64,000 bases of DNA from Methanothrix sp. (lineage in GTDB: Archaea; Halobacteriota; Methanosarcinia; Methanotrichales; Methanotrichaceae). Position numbers and translations under genes: made by a program. Under the pieces are notes generated by a model, which saw only the letters and a list, made by a program, of their open reading frames with translations, ran no database searches and was not told the DNA's origin. Shown one piece after another: positions 48,560-58,951 of this stretch. Numbering within the stretch: position 1 is the stretch's first letter; each line of letters starts with the position of its first letter. Where the stretch lies: contig JBAXWY010000002.1 in NCBI GenBank assembly GCA_037128175.1, forward strand, positions 64,001-128,000, in the 5' to 3' direction.

Positions 48560-49590
48560 AAAAACCGCTCCAGCTTTTTTGCGTCGCCGTTCATCTCCAC
48601 CATTCTTTGCAGGACCTGCAGGGCTTTTCCCGAGTCGATGGCCTCTTCTGCCATTTTGGCACCTTCTTTTAGAGTAGGGGCCCGGCCGGAGACGTAGACG
48701 GCTGCCCCGCCGTTCATGGCGATGATATCACGGGCAGGTGACCTTTCCCCTTTCATAACCGCTACCAGCTTTCTGGCATTATCCTCGGGCAATCCTCCTG
48801 CGATATCCTGCGGCCTGGCCAGGGGATATCCCAGGTCCAGGGGCATAAGGCAGTAGCTTTTTACCATTCCGTCTTTCAGCTCCGAGACCTTTGTCTCGCC
48901 GGTGTTGGTGATCTCGTCCATGCCCATGCCGTGCACCACCAGGGCCCTCTCTGTGCCCAGCATCAGCAAAACCCTGGCCAGCTTCTCGCATAGTTTTGGG
49001 TCGTAGACGCCCATCACCTGCGCTTTGGCTCCGGCGGGATTGGTCAGAGGCCCCAGGATGTTAAAGACGGTGCGTAGTCCCAATTCGCGCCGGACAGCAG
49101 CTACGCGCTTCATGGCCGGATGGAAGACGGGGGCCAGCATGAATCCGATGCCAAGGGTCTCAATCATGGCCGCCACCGCTTCGGGCAGAGGACTGATGTT
49201 GACGCCCAATTCCAAGAGCACGTTGGCGCTGCCGCATTTCGAGCTCACGGCATAGTTTCCGTGCTTGGCCACAGGCACGCCGCAGGCGGCGGAGACGATG
49301 GCAGCAGCCGTGCTCACGTTGATGGTGTTGGAGGCATCACCTCCTGTGCCGCAGGTATCCACCAGGGCGCCTTTGACCTTGGGGCGGATGCAAACCGCGG
49401 TGTCACGCATCTTCCTGGCAAAGCCTGCGATCTCCGGGATGGATTCGCCTTTCATGCGTAGTGCAATCAGCAGAGCGCCGATCTGGGCATCTGTGGCACT
49501 GCTGAAGATCTCACCCATGAGTGCCTCTGCCTCCTCCATGGAAAGGTGGTGCCCTTCCAAGATCTTTTGAAGATAACTCAAAGTAATCAC
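48556..49590 (-). CDS. trpD: Anthranilate phosphoribosyltransferase
   Basis: DTCGTGGD, N.ST, KHGN..VSS..GSA, RTVFNILGPLTNP. Confidence 0.97.
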   Translation of the reverse strand: MITLSYLQKILEGHHLSMEEAEALMGEIFSSATDAQIGALLIALRMKGESIPEIAGFARKMRDTAVCIRPKVKGALVDTCGTGGDASNTINVSTAAAIVSAACGVPVAKHGNYAVSSKCGSANVLLELGVNISPLPEAVAAMIETLGIGFMLAPVFHPAMKRVAAVRRELGLRTVFNILGPLTNPAGAKAQVMGVYDPKLCEKLARVLLMLGTERALVVHGMGMDEITNTGETKVSELKDGMVKSYCLMPLDLGYPLARPQDIAGGLPEDNARKLVAVMKGERSPARDIIAMNGGAAVYVSGRAPTLKEGAKMAEEAIDSGKALQVLQRMVEMNGDAKKLERFL

Positions 49591-49600
49591 CAGATCAAAT

Positions 49601-49662
49601 GTGTAACATTGTACTATAGTGAGTTAAAAAGTACATTATATTTATAGGTTGTGCATTGTAGA
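49601..49662 (-). promoter_or_regulatory. trp promoter with TrpY TRP-box-like hexamers
   Basis: TATAAATA on minus strand at 49639-49646; TGTACT 49610, AGTACA 49630, TGTGCA 49650, TGTAGA 49657, each one mismatch from TGTACA. Confidence 0.6.
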
Positions 49663-49753
49663 CCAAATAACGACTTTGATAGTAGAATTAGTAGAAGATG
49701 AATAAATTAAAAATAGATAAAACATTTTTAATAACAAAATAGAAAAAAAAGAA

Positions 49754-50032
49754 CTACCACTTGCCGGATTCAATGACATTAAGCTTGTCGAGGACCTGAG
49801 CGATGGCCTGCTGGCTTAACTTATTCTTCCGGCAAATCTTCAAGACGCGAGACAGTTCGGTATTCTCGTCCGTTCCCGTGAGTTGCGAGGCATACAGTTC
49901 TGCAGCATCAAGGCCTTTCTCCAGCACGATTTTTTTGGTATCTGCAACTATCTGTCCGGTTATGCAGGCCTTGGCAGCGCCAATCTCCTCGATGGCCTTT
50001 CCCATATTTTCCAATTCTTTTGAGCTAAGCAT
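49754..50032 (-). CDS. Hypothetical helical protein
   Basis: 92-aa ORF with protein-like composition; no family recognised. Confidence 0.6.
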   Translation of the reverse strand: MLSSKELENMGKAIEEIGAAKACITGQIVADTKKIVLEKGLDAAELYASQLTGTDENTELSRVLKICRKNKLSQQAIAQVLDKLNVIESGKW

Positions 50033-50228
50033 GCGTCCTTTCTCGTTGCCCTTTTCCTGACCCTGATTTTTTATCGGGATTGTCTTTCCGATCCCTCGTC
50101 TTCTCTTCTTCGAGGTCGGATAAATCAGCTCCGCACATGGCCTGCATTTTCCTTTCAGCCCCTATAAAAATGCGAGGGCATTTCGGCCACCGCAAAACCT
50201 ATTATCCCAGGGATAATTTCAGTTAAAC

Positions 50229-51188
50229 ATGGCGAATCTCAATGTGGCGATCCTGGGGTCCCTGGACTACGGCAAAGAGCTGGGCAAGAAGGGCACGGCC
50301 AGCGATCTTACCTTTTACAACCTGAAAAAGGGACAGAACACCGTCACCTTCATAGAGCCGTCCCGCTACCCGGAGAAGCTTGCGCCCCTCTTCTACGCCG
50401 TTTCCATGGCCCAGAAGGCCCTGCTCATTGTAGACCAGATTAATCCCGCCTTCGGAGAGTCGGTCATCATGCTGGACTCGGTAGGCGTTAAAGAGGGCAT
50501 TGTGGTCCTGAAGAACTACCTCTCCCGCGAGCAGATCGCCCCTTTCATCAAGGGCACGGTGGTGGATGGCTATGAGTTCCTGGAAGACGACAAGAACGTC
50601 CTGCGTGAAAGGCTTTTGCTGGATGTGGGCAAGATGGATTCGCCCCAGAATGCAGAGACGGGATCCTTACCGGTCGATCATTTCTTCAATGTGCGCGGCA
50701 TCGGCACGGTGGTCCTGGGGTGTGTGGCGGAAGGGAGCATCAAGAAGCATGACGTTCTCCGGGTATTGCCGGGAGAGAAGACGGCCCAGGTGCGCTCCAT
50801 CCAAAAGCATGATGAGGACTTTGATACGGCAGGCATTGGCGAGAGGACGGGCATAGCCCTCAAGGGCATCGAGGTAGAAGACCTGGATCGTGGAACCATT
50901 CTCACCAACGATAAATCCATCAAGCAAGTATCTTCCCTGACCGCCAAAGTGCATGTAGTCAAATACTGGCCCGCGCCACTAAAAGAGGGGATGGTGATGC
51001 ACATCGGCCACTGGATGCAGTACGTCCCGGCAAGAGTCGAGGCCGTATCAGTTGAGGGTGATTGGCATAACGTGGTTCTGAAAATCAAGCTGGACAAGAT
51101 GCTGGTTTACCGGTCGGGGGCAAAGGCGGTTCTCATTTATCCCGAGGGCGGCAAGCTGAGAGTGGTGGGTACGATAGACTTGCCGTAA
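50229..51188 (+). CDS. SelB-like (SelB-II) EF-Tu domain protein with degenerate G domain
   Basis: ELGKKGT.SD.T.YN, VDHFFNVRGIGTVVLG, VRSIQKHD, G.R.GIALK. Confidence 0.85.
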   Translation: MANLNVAILGSLDYGKELGKKGTASDLTFYNLKKGQNTVTFIEPSRYPEKLAPLFYAVSMAQKALLIVDQINPAFGESVIMLDSVGVKEGIVVLKNYLSREQIAPFIKGTVVDGYEFLEDDKNVLRERLLLDVGKMDSPQNAETGSLPVDHFFNVRGIGTVVLGCVAEGSIKKHDVLRVLPGEKTAQVRSIQKHDEDFDTAGIGERTGIALKGIEVEDLDRGTILTNDKSIKQVSSLTAKVHVVKYWPAPLKEGMVMHIGHWMQYVPARVEAVSVEGDWHNVVLKIKLDKMLVYRSGAKAVLIYPEGGKLRVVGTIDLP

Positions 51189-51276
51189 GAAGAACTGTTC
51201 ATCTAATTTTTGAAATGCATATTATCCTGGCAAAAATTAATATCCAAGCAAGTCAAAGTCATTTTCAAGGCGTGAT

Positions 51277-51537
51277 ATGAACAATAAACACAATATAATT
51301 CTAAAAGCCGCTGCATTAGTAATGGTATTAATCGGCTTGCTGGCCATGTTAGTAGCCTGGCAACTTATGCTGGTCTCAGGTATTCACAACTCGACCGTCG
51401 TGGTACTGGAGATGGGCGGAGTTGTGGTCTGCATGGTTGGATACTTCCTATGGCGACGCGTTAAGGGCTTAGAAAATGATGCAAAGAGGCAAATTCAGGC
51501 AGCACAATCTGCAGCAAAAGAAGATCTTCAAGAATAA
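51277..51537 (+). CDS. Small two-TM membrane protein
   Basis: Two hydrophobic helices followed by a charged tail. Confidence 0.65.
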   Translation: MNNKHNIILKAAALVMVLIGLLAMLVAWQLMLVSGIHNSTVVVLEMGGVVVCMVGYFLWRRVKGLENDAKRQIQAAQSAAKEDLQE

Positions 51538-51858
51538 AGCAGCATGACGGAGACTAAACAGATCCTATTTTCACATGTTTATTCATCCAAGCCAAAAGAC
51601 CGGCTCTTCGCTATTTCCAATTACTATGTTTTTGGTTATAACCTAGCGGCTAACAACGTTTCCACCACCGTAGACACAAAGCGCACGGAGGACTCACAGA
51701 GGCTTTTTACTACTATTACACACTCGAAACAACGCGGAACCAAAAGATCCGGATAATCAAGAGCTTCTTTTCTAATATTATTATAATATTTGCCAAGAAC
51801 CAATATTAAGATACGTTAAATGAACATTAAATAAAAAAGGTGTCTCTTGAGCCTTTAA

Positions 51859-52971
51859 TTAAAGCCCAAGAGTGGGGTTGATCCCCAATACGAATACTAC
51901 TACGAAGTATATGGCGTTCAATACCAATCCGAATGGTACACCCAACTTTGCCCACTCGCTGCTGGTGATGCCCAGCTTTCCGGCAGAGATGATGTTGGGG
52001 ATGTTGCCGGGGATGAGCATGCCGCCGGAGATGAGCAGACCGTAGAGTGCAGCGTTAATCTGCTTCTGGGTCAGAGCCTTGGATATCTCAGCTGCGGTCA
52101 ATGTAGCATTATCCAGGATGGCGGAGATCATGTTCACCCAGAAGAGCACATAATCTGGGATCTTGGTGAAGTACTTGAATATGAGTACCTCCATTCCCGC
52201 GCCCAATAGGAAGAGTGCCGCCACGAAGGCATAAACCTTGAGGGTTCTTATGACAACCTCCTTGACGCTGCCCTCTTCGTCGCCCTCGCCCATTCTCTCC
52301 ACCTTGCCGGTTGTCGGCTTGATGTAGTACATGGAAAAGATCGAGCAGAGTAAGACACCCAGGATGATCAGTATGCCTAGCTGGTCCATGAGGTACCAGA
52401 AGCCAGCGTTACCGGGGCCGCCTACATACATGGGCGCACCTTGTAATTTAGTGATGGCGATGGTAGACAGGGGCTCGCCCAGGGGGGTGAGCACTGCGCC
52501 TAGACCAATGGCAAAACAGGCGATGATCACATAGTTGATCTTGTTCTTTCTGTCCAGTGGCAGGGTATTGGCGATCTCGCAGAGGAAGAGCGCAGAGATG
52601 ATGGCCGTGATGACGGAGCATACCAGTCCCAGAACAAAGGTGGAGACAAATATGATTACGCCCAGGTTCATCTTCTTGACCAGGCCGCCCATGAAGTTCT
52701 TGAAGGCTTTCTGGCCGTAGAGGAATATGAATCCCGCGATCAATACTGCAGGTACAATGCCCTTGATTACCGGCTCTTCTGCTGCCAACGTGATCAGGTC
52801 TATTGTCCACTTGCTGGTCACAGTGACCGCAGCCGCGCCCATTATAAATAGAAATACTTCCAAATTCTGTTCAACTATCTTAACTTTAAAGGGGAATATC
52901 AAAACTAGCAGGGCTATAAATGCCAATGCTATATCTACTTGGGTTACAACTTCACCCAATACAGTAACCAT
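51859..52971 (-). CDS. DUF1646-family membrane transporter
   Basis: E.NLE.FLF, GLGAVLTPLGEPLSTI, SAILDNATL.AAEI, GGMLIPGNIPNII.A. Confidence 0.9.
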   Translation of the reverse strand: MVTVLGEVVTQVDIALAFIALLVLIFPFKVKIVEQNLEVFLFIMGAAAVTVTSKWTIDLITLAAEEPVIKGIVPAVLIAGFIFLYGQKAFKNFMGGLVKKMNLGVIIFVSTFVLGLVCSVITAIISALFLCEIANTLPLDRKNKINYVIIACFAIGLGAVLTPLGEPLSTIAITKLQGAPMYVGGPGNAGFWYLMDQLGILIILGVLLCSIFSMYYIKPTTGKVERMGEGDEEGSVKEVVIRTLKVYAFVAALFLLGAGMEVLIFKYFTKIPDYVLFWVNMISAILDNATLTAAEISKALTQKQINAALYGLLISGGMLIPGNIPNIISAGKLGITSSEWAKLGVPFGLVLNAIYFVVVFVLGINPTLGL

Positions 52972-53135
52972 TAGACCACCTCGTTTCTATTAATCCTACA
53001 TCCACTCTCCCGAGGGAGAGTTTGCTAGTCGGATGCTCTTCCAATATTAAACGCTTTTGGCTTTTATTTTGGCGATTAAACTGGCCTTAATCGTGATAAT
53101 TCGTATTGATTTGAGTTTTAATGGTTCAAACGGAA

Positions 53136-53969
53136 TTAAGGTGAATTCTTGATGCATTTTACGTAGATCCTGTAGCCCAGGAGATTGAGACCTGGCCGTC
53201 CGGGCAGTACCTTGCGCTCCAGAAAGCGAGAGAGCCTCTCCTGGAAATAGCAGGGATCAATGATCGGTCGCCAACGGCTCAGGAAGAGGTAGCCCTGGCA
53301 GGGCTTGAAGTCAAAGCCGCGGCAAGCGAGGACCGCAAAGCCCGCGTCTTCCAGTGCTCTTTGAAACTCCGCAGGCGAGACGTATTCGGGCGGATTTATC
53401 GATTCCCGAAAGAGATGTTTTCTGATCAGGGTATAGTGGGAGATACGGGAAAAGAAGTCCACTACCAGCACACCTTCAGGTTTTAAAACGCGATAGAATT
53501 CTTGCAAGGCGCTTTCTGCCGCATGGGAGTTAGGCAAGCAGGTCAGAACACCGCTGCTTACCACCCGCTCGAAGGACTGATCCCGGAAGGGGAGACTGGT
53601 CACCGAGCCCTGCAAAAATCCGGCCCGGTCATCGCTCTTCGCTCTATGGACCGCCCGGCCCAGCATGTTGCCGGAGAAATCCATGCCGATGATCTGCAAG
53701 GCCGCTCTATTCGCCACAGCTATTCCTTTTTCGTTTTTCAGGGATCGCATGAGCAGGTTGCCGTTGCCGCATCCTGCATCCAGGACCCTGCCCTCTGCCC
53801 CGGAAAAACAGAACCTTGCTGCCTCATCTTCGAAATCGCCCATCATCTTTAATATGAAATCCGGCGTGTCGTCGGGCAGGTCGCGCGCCAGCTTGAGGTC
53901 CATCTCTTCTTTGCCCCTCTTCTGGCCTTCCCAAAAATCCAGTTCCTCCTTTTGCAGGTGGCAGTCCAT
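53136..53969 (-). CDS. Class I SAM-dependent methyltransferase
   Basis: VLDAGCGNG, GMDFS..ML, LPFRDQSF, RVLKPEG. Confidence 0.9.
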   Translation of the reverse strand: MDCHLQKEELDFWEGQKRGKEEMDLKLARDLPDDTPDFILKMMGDFEDEAARFCFSGAEGRVLDAGCGNGNLLMRSLKNEKGIAVANRAALQIIGMDFSGNMLGRAVHRAKSDDRAGFLQGSVTSLPFRDQSFERVVSSGVLTCLPNSHAAESALQEFYRVLKPEGVLVVDFFSRISHYTLIRKHLFRESINPPEYVSPAEFQRALEDAGFAVLACRGFDFKPCQGYLFLSRWRPIIDPCYFQERLSRFLERKVLPGRPGLNLLGYRIYVKCIKNSP

Positions 53970-54151
53970 CTCTAAGGCAACTCCTCCCTTACTTTAAGAA
54001 AATTTGAATGCTTGGCTCAAGGTCGATTCACCCAAAGCCATGAGGCGACCGTTGTGAGGTGAGACTTATTAATAGTTTGCCGGTTGATAGAGTGTGGCTG
54101 TTAAAAAGTCGCAAAAAAAAAGATGATCTGCAAGAGAGACGGGAGGGATCT

Positions 54152-54763
54152 ATGATATCTAGCGTTCTTGTCATGGTGGCATACTTTGTGCTTTTTGCCC
54201 TTGTACACAGCTTCCTTGCCGATCCTAGATTCAAGAGCCGGGCCAAAATGGTCTTCGGTGAAACCTTTGATCGCTGGCAGCGGCTTGCTTACAATCTGCT
54301 AGCTCAGCTCATGATGCTGCCCTTCCTCTTAATCATGATCTTCCTGCCTGACAAAATTCTCTACGCCGTCCCCGTGCCCTGGAGCTGGCTTATGGCAGGA
54401 GGCCAGATCTTGGCAGTCTCAGCGTTGCTGCAGACGATTCGCCAGACGGGCGTCTCCTATTTCCTTGGCCTGTCCCAATTGCGAGGTGAAAGTGATGCAT
54501 CGAGCACAAAGGGAGAGCTGGTGATAGAGGGCTTTTACCGCTATATCAGACATCCTCTCTACTTCTTTTCCGCTCTTTTCCTCTGGCTCACTCCTACCAT
54601 GACTGAGAATCTGCTGGCCTTCAACATCCTGGCCACGATCTACTTTTACCTGGGTGCCCGGCACGAGGAGAGATCTCTGCAAGAGGAGTTCGGACAGGAG
54701 TACGAGGAGTACCAGAAAGCTGTGCCCATGTTCCTGCCAAGATTAAAATGCAAATGCAAATAA
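54152..54763 (+). CDS. NnrU/isoprenylcysteine carboxylmethyltransferase-family membrane protein
   Basis: G.YRYIRHPLY, GARHEER.L...FG.EY..Y...VPMFLP. Confidence 0.88.
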   Translation: MISSVLVMVAYFVLFALVHSFLADPRFKSRAKMVFGETFDRWQRLAYNLLAQLMMLPFLLIMIFLPDKILYAVPVPWSWLMAGGQILAVSALLQTIRQTGVSYFLGLSQLRGESDASSTKGELVIEGFYRYIRHPLYFFSALFLWLTPTMTENLLAFNILATIYFYLGARHEERSLQEEFGQEYEEYQKAVPMFLPRLKCKCK

Positions 54764-54809
54764 TTGATAATATCCAAATCATCATAGCCTAACAAAATGG
54801 ATGGATTAA

Positions 54810-55934
54810 ATGACAGATGATAGCTCAATGCTCTCGAAAAAGAAAAAAGAACCAGTTCAGAGGAATTTTGGCTTATCCTTGGGCATTCTTGCCCTGGCCA
54901 TGCTACTGTTAGCACTCATTTTCTATGCGCCGCCCACTATGGCAGCCGAAAGCGGCGCCCCCATTCCACCGGAGAGGTTCTCCGATGATTTCTACAAGGT
55001 CTACGGCACACCCAATCTGACCGTCTCCCTGGAGCAAACTCGCGTCTATCAAGGTGAGCAGACCTCGCTTTTTCTAACTTTGACCAACCGGGGGCGTATA
55101 ACCTCTTTTCAGGTAAATGAGGAGCCCGGCGCCAATAAGAGAGAGGAGATCCTGGCCGCGCAAAAAGAGCAGGAGCTGGAAAAGCAGAGAACCGTGGCCC
55201 AGGATGTCTCGCTGCTACTTTTGGCCGAGAACGAGAGCGCCATAGACATTAAGCGGGCCGTGGCCTTCCCCGGCAGCATCCGGGAGGGGCAGACCTCCGC
55301 CCGTCTGGAGTTTCCTATTGAGGCCTACAAGAATGCCCACCCCGGCCTTTACAAGCTCTACGCAGTCGTCAATTACACCTACCAGAAGGACGTGGCTGTG
55401 AAAGGAGACGAAGATCGCCCGGAGAGCCCGGATGTGTTCTACTGGTACGATAGCCAGAGCCAGATCATTCCCCTGACCCTGACTGTGGAGCGAAGAAGCG
55501 GTGCAGAGTTTGAGGTCCTGAATGTCAGCCCCGACGCCCTATCGGCAGGCTCCCAGGATAATGTGGTCAAGATTCGCATAAAAAATGTGGGCAGTGATAC
55601 TGCGCAAGATCTGGTGGCAAGGCTTCGTCCCGAGAGCGGCATTTATGTGAGCGTGGATGAGTCGCCGATAGCGGCCTTGCCGCCGCAGCAGGAGGCGGAG
55701 CTTATCTTCAAGCTGGATGTCTCCAAGGATGCCGTGCCCGGCAAGAGCTACCAGGCTAAGGTTCGCTTCGAGTTTTCCGATAGCTATCGGGATGACCTTC
55801 GCGACGAGGAGAATGCCTATCTCAAAATCGAGCCGCAGAGCACAAGCCGACCGTTGGCAGCCGTCCTTCTCTTCATTGTGCTCGCCGCAGTAATAATAGT
55901 AATAGTAGTAATAAAAAAACGGAGCAAGAGCTGA
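54810..55934 (+). CDS. COG1361 S-layer-domain membrane-anchored protein
   Basis: Signal anchor, Ig-like repeats (IKNVG...A), C-terminal TM; upstream of ABC exporter. Confidence 0.8.
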   Translation: MTDDSSMLSKKKKEPVQRNFGLSLGILALAMLLLALIFYAPPTMAAESGAPIPPERFSDDFYKVYGTPNLTVSLEQTRVYQGEQTSLFLTLTNRGRITSFQVNEEPGANKREEILAAQKEQELEKQRTVAQDVSLLLLAENESAIDIKRAVAFPGSIREGQTSARLEFPIEAYKNAHPGLYKLYAVVNYTYQKDVAVKGDEDRPESPDVFYWYDSQSQIIPLTLTVERRSGAEFEVLNVSPDALSAGSQDNVVKIRIKNVGSDTAQDLVARLRPESGIYVSVDESPIAALPPQQEAELIFKLDVSKDAVPGKSYQAKVRFEFSDSYRDDLRDEENAYLKIEPQSTSRPLAAVLLFIVLAAVIIVIVVIKKRSKS

Positions 55935-55956
55935 AAGTATGGCCGGGAGAGGAGCG

Positions 55957-56862
55957 ATGAGAGAAATAGAGCCGGCAATTTCGGCGCGGTGCGTGACTAA
56001 GAGCTTCGGGCGGCAGCGGGTCCTGGACAGCCTTACCGTGGACATTCCCTCGGGCGTGACCTACTGCCTGCTCGGCCCAAACGGCTCGGGCAAGACCACC
56101 TTCATTCGCGCCATCGTGCGATTGTTGCGCTTGGACGGGGGAGATATGTCCGTGCTGGGCCGGCCCGTCTCCGAAGTTGATAAGATCTACTCCAAGATCG
56201 GCTACATGACCCAGCATAAAGCCCTCTATCCCGACCTGACGGTGCAGGAGAATATGGAGTTTTATGCCGGGCTCTACGGTCTGAAGAAGCAGCAGCGCGT
56301 GGAGAGGCTAGAGGAGCTGCTGGAAATGGTCGATCTCTTAGAGCACCGCAGCCGTCTGGCAGGAGCTCTCTCCGGCGGCATGTACCAGAGGCTCTCTTTG
56401 GCCTGCACCCTCATCCACGAGCCCGAGCTGCTATTGCTGGATGAGCCCACGGTGGGCGTCGATCCCCGGCTGCGGCAAACATTCTGGGAGTACTTCAACC
56501 GCCTGGCCGGGGAGGGCAAGACGGTGCTCATCACCACCCATCTCATGGATGAAGCGGAGAAATGCCGCATGGTGGGCTACATGCGGGCGGGAAGAATGGT
56601 GGCAGAGGGTTCGCCGGAGGAAATTCTGCACCTGGCCGGGCTGCGGCCCATTCTCAAGCTCTGGTTGGCCGAGCCGGAGAAGGACGCCGCCCAACTTCAA
56701 GCCCAGGGATATGAGATAGAAGTTGAAGATGGTGTCGTGCAGGTCCGCCTGGAGAGCCATGCCCAGATCAAGGAAGTCCTGACATCCGTCTCGCCTCTGG
56801 ACATGAGGCTGGAAGAGCCCAGGCTGGAAGAGGCATTCCTGCGGCTCTCGGAGGCGGCATGA
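55957..56862 (+). CDS. ABC-2 exporter ATPase
   Basis: GPNGSGKTT, LSGGM.QR, LLLDEPTVGVDP, TTH.MDEAE. Confidence 0.93.
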   Translation: MREIEPAISARCVTKSFGRQRVLDSLTVDIPSGVTYCLLGPNGSGKTTFIRAIVRLLRLDGGDMSVLGRPVSEVDKIYSKIGYMTQHKALYPDLTVQENMEFYAGLYGLKKQQRVERLEELLEMVDLLEHRSRLAGALSGGMYQRLSLACTLIHEPELLLLDEPTVGVDPRLRQTFWEYFNRLAGEGKTVLITTHLMDEAEKCRMVGYMRAGRMVAEGSPEEILHLAGLRPILKLWLAEPEKDAAQLQAQGYEIEVEDGVVQVRLESHAQIKEVLTSVSPLDMRLEEPRLEEAFLRLSEAA

Positions 56863-57938
56863 GCCGCCCGGTCGCGGGCCGCGTGGGCGTGGTGGCCCTG
56901 CGGGTGGTGCGCCAACTGAAGCGAGACCGGCGCACCATCGGCCTGATCGTCTTCGCGCCCATCGTCCTCATGATTCTCTTCGGCTATGCCCTCTCCGGGG
57001 ATATGAGCGGCGTGGCTCTGGGCCTGGTGGACGCAGGCGGGCACGATGCCCTGCGGGGGCACCTGATGTCCATCCAGGACTTAGATATACTTTACCTGGG
57101 ATCAGAGTCGGACGCAGAGAAGCTAATAACCGAAGGAAGGCTGGATGGAGCCGTGGTGCTGGGGGCGGAGGGGGTGCGGGTGCTATTGGACTCCAGCAGC
57201 CTGCAGATCGCGGGAGCCATCCAGGCGGCGGTGCAGGCGGGAACGGCAACGGAAAGGGCCGGCCGGGAGACGACCGGCCTGCCGAAGGGATCGGAAAGCG
57301 CGTTCGTTTCGCGCTACATCTTCGGCTATGACCTGAAGATGATGGACACGGTGGGCCCGGCCATCCTGGGCCTGGTGGTCTTCTTCTTCACTTTCATCAA
57401 CGCCGCCATCGCCTTCATCCGGGAGAGATCACAAGGGACGCTGGAGAAGTTCATGGTCTCCCCCTTAAGCCGGGTGGAGATGGTATCCGGCTATGTGCTG
57501 GGCTTCTCTCTCTTCACCCTGCTACAATCAGCAACAACCCTCTTCGTAGTAACCGCCCTCTTCAAAGTGCCCCTGCGCGGCAGTGCCCTCACTGCGCTGG
57601 CCGTGGTGATCCTGCTGGGCGCGGGCGCTCTGGTCCTGGGCGCTTTCTTCTCCAACTTCGCCCGGAGCGAGTTTCAGGTGGTGCAGTTCATACCCCTCAT
57701 CATCACGCCTCAAATTGTGCTCTGCGGCATCTGGTGGCCCCTGCAATCGGTGCCCGAGTTCATCCGGCCCTTCTCCTACATCCTTCCCCTCACCTATGCC
57801 GCCCATGCCCTGCGAGCGGTGATGCTGAAGGGCGCGGGAGTCGCCGATATCCTTTATCCCGACCTGCTGGCGTTGGGCATATTCTTCCTGCTCTTCTTTG
57901 CGGCGGCGACGCTCATGCTGAGAAGGGAGGTGGCATGA
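56859..57938 (+). CDS. ABC-2 exporter permease
   Basis: RDRRT, RERSQGTLE, PLTYA..ALR. Confidence 0.92.
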   Translation: MSRPVAGRVGVVALRVVRQLKRDRRTIGLIVFAPIVLMILFGYALSGDMSGVALGLVDAGGHDALRGHLMSIQDLDILYLGSESDAEKLITEGRLDGAVVLGAEGVRVLLDSSSLQIAGAIQAAVQAGTATERAGRETTGLPKGSESAFVSRYIFGYDLKMMDTVGPAILGLVVFFFTFINAAIAFIRERSQGTLEKFMVSPLSRVEMVSGYVLGFSLFTLLQSATTLFVVTALFKVPLRGSALTALAVVILLGAGALVLGAFFSNFARSEFQVVQFIPLIITPQIVLCGIWWPLQSVPEFIRPFSYILPLTYAAHALRAVMLKGAGVADILYPDLLALGIFFLLFFAAATLMLRREVA

Positions 57939-58114
57939 GATGAGGTATGATTTATGAGGACAATGGAGAACGAAAAAATCCTCTGTGCGTTCTTTGTGGT
58001 GAAAATCGTTACCCACTGGTTAGCCCAAGGTAGATCCATCAGTCCATCCGGGGCATAATATCGCTGCCTGATTTCACAAATATTATCAAGAGGATACATT
58101 GTGCCCCCAGGCCC

Positions 58115-58951
58115 TCAGGTCAGCTTGCTCTTCACCTTGGCGTAGAACCCCTCTCTCCCCACTTTTACAAACCTGGCCGGGGTTTTGGCCTTGCTTATGA
58201 CCACCGTATCCTTGGAGGAGATGACCGTTGAGGTCTGGCCGTCCACCACCACCAGTGCCTCCTTGTCCGGCAGCTTGAGGCGAACCTCTATGACGCTGTC
58301 ACCCGGAATCACCCAGGGTCGCGATGAGAGCTTGAAGGGGGCCATGGGAACGAGCACAATGGCATCCACCCGCGGATCGACGATGGGCCCGCCCGCCGAC
58401 ATGGCATAGGCTGTGGAGCCGGTGGAGGTGGCGATAATCACCCCGTCCGCCCGAAAGTCCTCCATGAGTGCGCCATCCACGATGATCTCAAACTCGATCA
58501 TCTTGGCGGGACTGGCGGTGAGAAAGGCGATCTCATTGGTGGCGCGGGGCAGGCATACCCCATTAAGGAGCAGCTTCAGGCGCGAACGCACATCCACATC
58601 AAAGCCCGCCAGCAGGCGCGAGAGCGTCTCCACGGCGTCCTTGGGCTCCACGTCCACCAGAAAGCCCAAGGTACCCATGTTTATGCCCAAAATGGGAGCC
58701 GGATCTGCCATCTTGTGAATGGTGCGTAGAATCGTCCCGTCCCCTCCCACGGAGACTATGAAGTCCACCAACTGCCGCTCCATCTCCGCTACGGTTGTGC
58801 CCTCTCTGCCGATTTTTAGAGCAAGGTCCTCATCCACGAATATCGTGACGCCCTTCCCTTCGCTCTCTATCTGGTAGATGAGCATCTGCGCCAGCCGAAT
58901 AGATTCGGGCTGCTGCCGGGAGACAAAGCCGATCTTAATGGGGCCCACCAC
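58115..58951 (-). CDS. nadK: NAD kinase
   Basis: GGDGTILR, GINMGTLGFL, NE, DG...T.TGSTAY.MSAGGP. Confidence 0.95.
   Translation of the reverse strand: MVGPIKIGFVSRQQPESIRLAQMLIYQIESEGKGVTIFVDEDLALKIGREGTTVAEMERQLVDFIVSVGGDGTILRTIHKMADPAPILGINMGTLGFLVDVEPKDAVETLSRLLAGFDVDVRSRLKLLLNGVCLPRATNEIAFLTASPAKMIEFEIIVDGALMEDFRADGVIIATSTGSTAYAMSAGGPIVDPRVDAIVLVPMAPFKLSSRPWVIPGDSVIEVRLKLPDKEALVVVDGQTSTVISSKDTVVISKAKTPARFVKVGREGFYAKVKSKLT

Noticed and set aside
55889-55914. (GTAATA)n-like short tandem repeat
   Set aside because: It encodes the Val/Ile-rich TM anchor of the COG1361 protein.
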